DNA of 32,000 nt from Nonlabens ponticola (GTDB lineage Bacteria; Bacteroidota; Bacteroidia; Flavobacteriales; Flavobacteriaceae): NCBI RefSeq assembly GCF_003966335.1, contig NZ_CP034549.1, forward strand, positions 2,430,001 through 2,462,000, in the 5' to 3' direction. The notes beneath the pieces are model-generated. The model was not told the origin of the DNA. It made no database searches and saw nothing but the letters and a program-made list of their open reading frames with translations. A program made the translations under genes and the position numbers. Positions within the stretch are counted from its first letter, which is position 1; the number at the start of each line of letters is the position of its first letter. Positions 26,331 to 32,000 of the stretch are shown piece by piece.

Positions 26331-28022
26331 CTAATCCCTAATCAACTTCTTGTAACGTATTCTTTTAGGCGTTACATCACCCAAGCGTTTCTTCTTGTTC
26401 TCTTCATACTCGGTAAAGCTACCTTGGAACGAATAGACTTGTGAATCACCTTCAAAGGCAATGATATGTGTACAAACTCTATCAAGGAACCATCTATCGT
26501 GCGAGATAATCACGGCACAACCTGCAAAGTTTTCCAGACCTTCTTCTAGCGCTCTCAAGGTATTCACGTCAAGATCATTGGTAGGCTCATCCAGAAGCAA
26601 CACGTTTCCTTCCTCTTTCAACGTCATCGCTAGGTGCAAACGGTTGCGCTCACCACCAGATAGCGTGGCTACCTTTTTATTCTGCTCTGATCCCGAAAAG
26701 TTGAATCGGCTCAAATAAGCTCGCGAATTCACCATCTTGCCGCCCATCATGACCGTGTCCTGACCATCGGCAAAGTTCTCCCAGATAGATTTTTCTGGAT
26801 CGATGTTACTGTGCGTTTGATCTACATAAGCCAACTTTACCGTATCACCTACTGTAAAACTTCCCTTATCAGGTTCCACCTCATCCATTATCATCTTGAA
26901 AATGGTGGTCTTACCAGCACCGTTGGGTCCTATAATTCCCACGATTCCATTTTGTGGTAGTGTAAAATTCAAGTCTTCATACAGCAGCTTATCGCCAAAG
27001 GCTTTACTCACTCCTGTCGCCTCGATCACGTTAGTTCCTAGTCGTGGACCATTAGGAATGTAGATCTCTAGCTTTTCTTCCTTGGCTTTTTGATCTTCAT
27101 TCAACAACTTGTCATAGTTATTTAAACGCGCTTTTTGCTTGGTCTGGCGACCTTTGGCACCTTGACGTACCCAATCCAACTCTCGCTGTAACGTTTTGCG
27201 ACGTTTAGATTCTGATTTCTCTTCCTTGGCAAGACGGTCGCTTTTCTGTTCCAACCAGCTAGAATAATTCCCTTTCCATGGGATTCCTTCACCACGATCC
27301 AATTCTAGGATCCAGCCAGCAACATTATCTAGGAAATAACGGTCGTGCGTTACCGCGATTACCGTTCCTTTATATTGCGCTAGATGTTGTTCCAGCCATA
27401 AAACCGATTCGGCATCAAGGTGGTTGGTAGGCTCATCCAGCAGTAAAATCTCTGGTTGTTGTAGCAATAATCTACACAATGCTACACGACGCTTCTCACC
27501 ACCAGAAAGGTTTTCAATACTTGCATCGCCTGGTGGCGTGCGCAAGGCGTCCATTGCGATTTCTAGTTTAGTATCCAGTTCCCAGGCGTTGAGTGCATCG
27601 ATCTTGTCCTGCAATTCTGCCTGACGGTTCATGAGCTTCTCCATCTTGTCGGCATCGCTGTAAACCTCTTCTTTACCAAAATCGTCATTGATCTGATTGT
27701 ATTCATCTAGAATTGCAACGGTTTCTGCCACGCCTTCACGCACGATTTCCATCACGGTTTTACTCGCATCCAGTTCTGGTTCTTGTTCCAGATAACCTAC
27801 TTTGTAACCAGGCAGGAAATGAATATCACCCTGGTAATTTTTCTCCTTGCCAGCAATAATCTTGAGCAAGGTCGACTTACCCGAGCCATTGAGACCCAGA
27901 ATACCAATCTTGGCGCCATAGAAGAAACTCAAATGTATGTTCTTCAATACCTGTTTTCCCGTGCTTTGGTAGGTCTTTGACAGACCAGACATGGAAAAAA
28001 TTACTTGTTTATCGTCACTCAT
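26331..28022 (-). CDS. ettA: Energy-dependent translational throttle protein EttA (ABC-F ATPase)
   Basis: 563 aa with two ABC cassettes (GLNGSGKST / LSGGEKRRVAL / LLLDEPTNHLD and GPNGAGKTT / LSGGERNRLHL / LLLDEPTNDLD). The N-terminus (VIFSMSGLSKTY) and the inter-domain linker are typical of EttA. Confidence 0.95.
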   Translation of the reverse strand: MSDDKQVIFSMSGLSKTYQSTGKQVLKNIHLSFFYGAKIGILGLNGSGKSTLLKIIAGKEKNYQGDIHFLPGYKVGYLEQEPELDASKTVMEIVREGVAETVAILDEYNQINDDFGKEEVYSDADKMEKLMNRQAELQDKIDALNAWELDTKLEIAMDALRTPPGDASIENLSGGEKRRVALCRLLLQQPEILLLDEPTNHLDAESVLWLEQHLAQYKGTVIAVTHDRYFLDNVAGWILELDRGEGIPWKGNYSSWLEQKSDRLAKEEKSESKRRKTLQRELDWVRQGAKGRQTKQKARLNNYDKLLNEDQKAKEEKLEIYIPNGPRLGTNVIEATGVSKAFGDKLLYEDLNFTLPQNGIVGIIGPNGAGKTTIFKMIMDEVEPDKGSFTVGDTVKLAYVDQTHSNIDPEKSIWENFADGQDTVMMGGKMVNSRAYLSRFNFSGSEQNKKVATLSGGERNRLHLAMTLKEEGNVLLLDEPTNDLDVNTLRALEEGLENFAGCAVIISHDRWFLDRVCTHIIAFEGDSQVYSFQGSFTEYEENKKKRLGDVTPKRIRYKKLIRD

Positions 28023-28431
28023 GTTTAGATGTTTTGTCTTGTAATAATGTATTCAATTGTTTGAGAGATTGATCTGTGTAACGCTTTCGCGAAAGCTTCA
28101 TCACATCAAGCCCTTGTACTTTTAATAAAAGTCCTTGTTCTTTCAATTCAAATTCCTGCACGTCGCTGAAGGTGAAACCTACGGACTTTTGCCCAAGTAA
28201 TTTAAATGTTGCACTCTTGTCGCTGTACGAAATGGCGTTGGCACTGGTAAAGCTGTCCAAACTCAAACTGGTAAAGGCTGCAACGGCAAGACCAGCGGCA
28301 ATGTAAGCCCATTGTTCCGGTGCGTCCAGTATCCAGCAAGCAACCGCAATCACGATCAAAACAACGCCAGTCAAGGCAAAACCACGATACCTAGCAGATG
28401 TCAAATCAATAAATTTGATACTGCGCTGCAC
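28015..28431 (-). CDS. Hypothetical membrane protein (2 TM + C-terminal PH-like soluble domain?)
   Basis: 138 codons with no ATG; a GTG at 28431 lies immediately after the TAG of the upstream ORF and in the same frame. Two TM helices are followed by a beta-rich domain of about 75 aa. Its stop overlaps the ettA ATG by 8 nt. Contains palindrome copy 6. Confidence 0.5.
   Translation of the reverse strand: MQRSIKFIDLTSARYRGFALTGVVLIVIAVACWILDAPEQWAYIAAGLAVAAFTSLSLDSFTSANAISYSDKSATFKLLGQKSVGFTFSDVQEFELKEQGLLLKVQGLDVMKLSRKRYTDQSLKQLNTLLQDKTSKHE
28083..28096. repeat. Iterated palindrome copy 6 (core 14-mer)
   Basis: Exact core inside the 138-codon ORF. It encodes KLSRKR. Confidence 0.95.
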
Positions 28432-28614
28432 CTACACTCTACCTTTAAGGGCGTTGAAAACCCATGCAATGGCAAAAAATCCGATGCCCACCGCGGCAAA
28501 ACCATAACCCGCTACGTCTCTATATCTAAAGGCGCCTAGTGCGATCAAGCCTAGTCCTATAATAATCATGATGAGCACTGCCCATCCTAACACTCCGTTT
28601 TTATTCATCGCCAT
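28432..28614 (-). CDS. Small membrane protein (60 aa, 2 TM)
   Basis: ATG start and two hydrophobic helices (VLGWAVLIMIIIGLGLIALGAF, GFAAVGIGFFAIAWVF). Ends in a TAG that is in frame with the next ORF. Confidence 0.45.
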   Translation of the reverse strand: MAMNKNGVLGWAVLIMIIIGLGLIALGAFRYRDVAGYGFAAVGIGFFAIAWVFNALKGRV

Positions 28615-28654
28615 AATCTATCCATTTAATCTATCAAATATAAGGTGGTCAGGT

Positions 28655-29803
28655 CTAGTCTGTTTTGACTTTTTTTGACCCGCGATATAGTTCATACTTC
28701 ACTAGTCGAGCCTCAAGTTTACCGTTGTACAATTTAATACGTTTGCTGGTTTTTAGGCCTACATGTTTCAAGGCTTCTAGATTACCTGTAATGAGCCATG
28801 CGGTACTACCGGCATATCTGCTCTTGAGCGTGTCGCCTATTTCTTTATAAAAAGCCTCCATATCGATCTCCAGTCGCTCATCATACGGTGGATTAAACAT
28901 GAGAAATGCCTGTGCACTTTGTGAATCTCTAAAGAAATCACCTTTCTCTAGACTAATAAAATCAGTAAGATTGGCATTCTTTACATTTTCCCTTGCTTTT
29001 TCAATAGTGTAACCATCGGCATCACGTGCGATGATCTTGCCATCAAACTCACGCATCTTCTTCAAGCAACTTTCCTGGATATTCTCAAAGAGCTGGTTGT
29101 CATAGTCTGGCCATTTTTCAAAGCCAAATTCTGGCCTATTGATATTGGGTGCGATGTTCGCGCCTATCATGGCTGCCTCAATCGCTATGGTACCACTACC
29201 GCACATAGGATCAATAAAAGTCGATCGCTGATCCCAATCACTCAGCAAAATAATTCCAGCCGCTAGCACCTCGTTGATTGGCGCGACGTTGGTTTTTTCA
29301 CGGTAGCCACGTTTATATAATGGCTCACCGCTGGTGTCCAGCGATACATCGACTGTCTGATCATTGATGTGAACAGATATGCGCAAATCTGGATGCTTGG
29401 TATCCACATCTGGTCGCCTACCCGATTGATTGCGTATCTGATCCACAATCGCATCCTTGGTTTTCAAGGCAACATACTGACTGTGATTGAAATATTGAGA
29501 AGAAACCGTGGCGTTGACAGCCAGCGTATCGTGCGGCGTCAAGTACTCGCTCCAGTCCATCTGGTAAATGCCGTCGTACAAATCCACCTCATTGCGAGCG
29601 CGGAAACTGTGTATGGGTTTCAAAATCCTGATCGCCGTGCGCAGCATCATGTTTGCCTTGTACATAAAGCCTTGATCACCAGAAAAGCTTACCATGCGCA
29701 CGCCAGGTTTGATGTCCATCGCGCCCAGGTTTCTTAGCTCTTTTTCCAGTACTTCTTCAAGGCCAAAAAGCGTTTTGGCAATCATCTTAAAATTTTGCGA
29801 CAT
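28655..29803 (-). CDS. THUMP domain-containing class I SAM-dependent RNA methyltransferase (RlmL/RlmK-like)
   Basis: N-terminus MIAKTLFGLEEVLEKELRNLGA... (ferredoxin-like + THUMP), SAM motif I DPMCGSGTIAIEAA and catalytic NPPYDERL. The start is set at ATG 29803, not the track's 29896. Confidence 0.85.
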   Translation of the reverse strand: MSQNFKMIAKTLFGLEEVLEKELRNLGAMDIKPGVRMVSFSGDQGFMYKANMMLRTAIRILKPIHSFRARNEVDLYDGIYQMDWSEYLTPHDTLAVNATVSSQYFNHSQYVALKTKDAIVDQIRNQSGRRPDVDTKHPDLRISVHINDQTVDVSLDTSGEPLYKRGYREKTNVAPINEVLAAGIILLSDWDQRSTFIDPMCGSGTIAIEAAMIGANIAPNINRPEFGFEKWPDYDNQLFENIQESCLKKMREFDGKIIARDADGYTIEKARENVKNANLTDFISLEKGDFFRDSQSAQAFLMFNPPYDERLEIDMEAFYKEIGDTLKSRYAGSTAWLITGNLEALKHVGLKTSKRIKLYNGKLEARLVKYELYRGSKKVKTD

Positions 29804-29846
29804 GCAGGCAGATTTGAGCGGCAAAATTAAGGTATTTTTGTGGCCT

Positions 29847-30653
29847 ATGGATGATGCGCAGCACTCTAAAACTTGGTATGCCAGCTGGTTTAACACGCCG
29901 TACTATCACATGCTGTACAAGGATCGTGATTATCAAGAAGCCGCTGATTTCATGCAGCAACTCACTGATAAATTAGAGTTGACTCAAGGTGCCAAAATCC
30001 TGGATCTTGCCTGCGGTCGTGGTCGCCACAGCATGTATTTGAACAAGCTGGGTTATGATGTGACTGGTGTAGATTTGAGTGAGAGTAGTATAGCTTTCGC
30101 GAAAGCGAGATTAAAAAACATCAAAGAAGGACACTTAGAACTGGACGAGCCTGATCAATCCTCGCTGCAATTGGATCGCATCAAGTTTGCCGTACACAAT
30201 ATGACGGTGCCTTATACTGATACCTTTAATGCGGTGTTCAATCTCTTTACCAGTTTTGGATATTTTGACGATCCACAGGATAATCAAAGAACTGTAAGCA
30301 GCATCAAGAAGATGTTGAAGCTTGATGGATATGGAGTGATTGATTTTTTCAATTCGCATCACGTGATAGAGCATCTTGTGCCTTATAATGAGAAAGAAGT
30401 GCGCGGCATCATGTTCAAGCAATCACGTAGGTTTGAGGATGGTTTTATCTTCAAGGACATAGAGTTTGAAGACGACGGCGAGCGCTATAAGTTTACCGAG
30501 CGCGTGAGTGCATTGACTCAGGAGGATTTCTTGAATTACCTCGACACTGCTAGTCTCGAATTGGTACACACTTTTGGCGATTATCAATTAGCTGACTTTG
30601 ATCAAGAAACATCACCACGATTGATACTGGTTTTTAAAATCGCTGTGTCATGA
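29847..30653 (+). CDS. Class I SAM-dependent methyltransferase
   Basis: Motif I ILDLACGRGRHS, followed by VTGVDLSE...A and FNLFTSFGYF. The start is set at ATG 29847 (MDDAQHSKTWY...) because earlier starts overlap the divergent gene. Contains palindrome copy 7. Confidence 0.8.
   Translation: MDDAQHSKTWYASWFNTPYYHMLYKDRDYQEAADFMQQLTDKLELTQGAKILDLACGRGRHSMYLNKLGYDVTGVDLSESSIAFAKARLKNIKEGHLELDEPDQSSLQLDRIKFAVHNMTVPYTDTFNAVFNLFTSFGYFDDPQDNQRTVSSIKKMLKLDGYGVIDFFNSHHVIEHLVPYNEKEVRGIMFKQSRRFEDGFIFKDIEFEDDGERYKFTERVSALTQEDFLNYLDTASLELVHTFGDYQLADFDQETSPRLILVFKIAVS
30093..30106. repeat. Iterated palindrome copy 7 (core 14-mer)
   Basis: Exact core inside the methyltransferase CDS. It encodes IAFAKAR. 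Confidence 0.95.
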
Positions 30654-31318
30654 ATTACCTGTTCACATTTCTAGCAGTTGTTGCTGGCGCCTTGCTTGCC
30701 TGGCAAGTGCGTGAGATCTCTAGAAAGCGCTTGAAATTGCTACTGGCATTCTCTGGTGCGTTATTGCTAAGTGCGGTCGCTACAGAATTCCTACCTGAAA
30801 TCTACACAGAAGGCTCGGTTGATTACGGCATCTACCTTATCGCTGGTGTTTTTATCCAGATCATTCTTGAATTCTTCTCAAAAGGCGCGGAACATGGACA
30901 CTTGCACATCGATAAAAATGTAAGTGCTTTTCCTTATGCCCTATTTTTAAGTTTGTGTTTGCATGCTTTTCTTGAAGGAATGCCATTGCAATCCAACGAT
31001 AGCATGGTTTATGCGATTGCCGTTCACAAACTGCCCATCGCCTTTATTTTTACGGCATTCTTGATAGCAAATAAGGCCAGTTTTGTACGCATATTCATTG
31101 TAATGAGCATCTTTGCGGCTATGTCGCCACTAGGAACACTGCTAGCTGCAGAAATAGGCTGGGTGCAAGAAGTCATGTTGCCTATAAAGGCAATAGTTGC
31201 AGGTATCGTCTTGCACGTATCTACCACGCTCATTCTTGAGTCGAGCGATGGTCACAAGTTCAACCTTGCCAAATTGCTTGCGATGATTCTAGGTGCTGCA
31301 CTGGCTTTTTTGATTTAA
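30650..31318 (+). CDS. ZIP family metal (Zn/Fe) transporter
   Basis: 222 aa with about 7 TM helices and ZIP signatures (HAFLEGMPL, AVHKLPIAF). ATGA overlap with the upstream methyltransferase. Confidence 0.82.
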   Translation: MNYLFTFLAVVAGALLAWQVREISRKRLKLLLAFSGALLLSAVATEFLPEIYTEGSVDYGIYLIAGVFIQIILEFFSKGAEHGHLHIDKNVSAFPYALFLSLCLHAFLEGMPLQSNDSMVYAIAVHKLPIAFIFTAFLIANKASFVRIFIVMSIFAAMSPLGTLLAAEIGWVQEVMLPIKAIVAGIVLHVSTTLILESSDGHKFNLAKLLAMILGAALAFLI

Positions 31319-32000
31319 TCATTTCTTGACAAACACCATGCAATGCTGCCATGGTAGGTGATCAATATTTTCTTTGAGCTTGAATCCGTTGGCGTTGAAC
31401 TCTTTCACGGCTTGAGCCTCGCTCATTTTATGAATTGTCTTTATAGGAATTTGAGGATCCTCGCCGCGATATTCAATGAGATAGATCTCGCCATCTTTCT
31501 TTAAGGCCTTGCGCATAGACGCAATCATCGCTACCGGAAAGCTGAATTCATGATACACATCTACCATCAAAATTTTATCGACAGAGTTGGATGGCAAATT
31601 CACGCTTTTCTCTGACCCTAAGATTAGCTCTACATTTTCAATGTTACTTTCTTCTTTTTTGTAATTCATCGCCGCCAGCATCTCTGGCTGTATATCGACA
31701 GCATAGATCTTACCTTCAGGTACCTGTGGTGCCATTTTAAACACATGATAACCAGATCCAGCGCCTATATCTGCAATGTTATCATCTGGCTGAATGTTCA
31801 TGTTTTCAAGCAGGATGGATGTGTTTTCTTCTTGTTCTCTTTCTGGACGCTCCAGCCATTCCATGCCTTGAAATCCCATGACATGCGCAATCTCACGACC
31901 CATGTACCACTTGCCTATACCATTGATGCTGCCTGATTTATAGACGTAGTCTTGAGAGCTTTCGGTTTGTTCGTCTGACCGAGTAGAGTCAGTAGTTTGG
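31319..32000 (-). CDS. Class I SAM-dependent methyltransferase (5' end outside the window)
   Basis: Motif I IADIGAGSGYH followed by AVDIQ and a C-terminal fold of typical length. The frame stays open upstream of the track's ATG 31903 through to position 31999 (...QTTDSTRSDEQTESSQDYVYKSGSINGIGKWY-MGRE...), so the gene probably starts beyond the window. Confidence 0.78.
   Translation of the reverse strand, partial: QTTDSTRSDEQTESSQDYVYKSGSINGIGKWYMGREIAHVMGFQGMEWLERPEREQEENTSILLENMNIQPDDNIADIGAGSGYHVFKMAPQVPEGKIYAVDIQPEMLAAMNYKKEESNIENVELILGSEKSVNLPSNSVDKILMVDVYHEFSFPVAMIASMRKALKKDGEIYLIEYRGEDPQIPIKTIHKMSEAQAVKEFNANGFKLKENIDHLPWQHCMVFVKK

Noticed and set aside
29369-29737. 122-aa plus-strand ORF, with other internal antisense ORFs (for example 21200-21481, 30135-30422, 17104-17304, 18960-19172)
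   Set aside because: Each is fully embedded antisense within a well-supported gene (THUMP methyltransferase, DUF4230-like gene, SAM methyltransferase, alaS) and has no independent signals.

Overview
This is a chromosomal segment from a Bacteroidota genome, most likely Flavobacteriaceae. Supporting signs are the 16S 3' end GGAACACCTCCTTTCT, TAnnTTTG-type -7 boxes, the absence of Shine-Dalgarno sequences, and GSCFA/DUF2141/DUF4230-type genes. The window starts inside an rRNA operon, with a complete 16S on the minus strand at 68-1594. It then carries about 36 tightly packed, mostly housekeeping or envelope genes. These are a MATE efflux pump; a six-gene operon with no spacers (ABC ATPase, ABC-2 permease, MscS channel, outer-membrane beta-barrel, sigma-54 activator lacking a DNA-binding domain, PPK2); grpE-dnaJ; YceI; a TIGR01777-type SDR; DUF2141; MerR plus M23 peptidase divergent from alaS; RDD, GSCFA and DUF4230; an ECF sigma/anti-sigma/periplasmic trio; BI-1; a TlpA-like thiol-disulfide oxidoreductase; ettA preceded by two small membrane ORFs; and a THUMP RNA methyltransferase, two further SAM methyltransferases and a ZIP transporter. 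I found no transposase, integrase, phage gene, CRISPR array, tRNA or recognisable defence/toxin gene, so this reads as core genome rather than an island. The one signal the gene map does not explain is a hyper-iterated perfect palindrome, GCTTTCGCGAAAGC (extended consensus GTTA[C]GCTTTCGCGAAAGC[G]TAAC), and it is my best candidate for something undescribed. It occurs 7 times in 32 kb: three copies lie between genes and four are written into intact ORFs, using all three reading frames. Secondary oddities are two membrane ORFs separated by a single in-frame TAG and translationally coupled to ettA, a degenerate 20-23 bp tandem repeat array in a divergent promoter region, an outer-membrane gene whose signal peptide has no canonical start codon, near-identical terminators bracketing the tlpA-like gene, and a DnaJ with only two of the usual four CxxCxGxG motifs. 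All functional calls come from reading the translations by eye; no database search was run.
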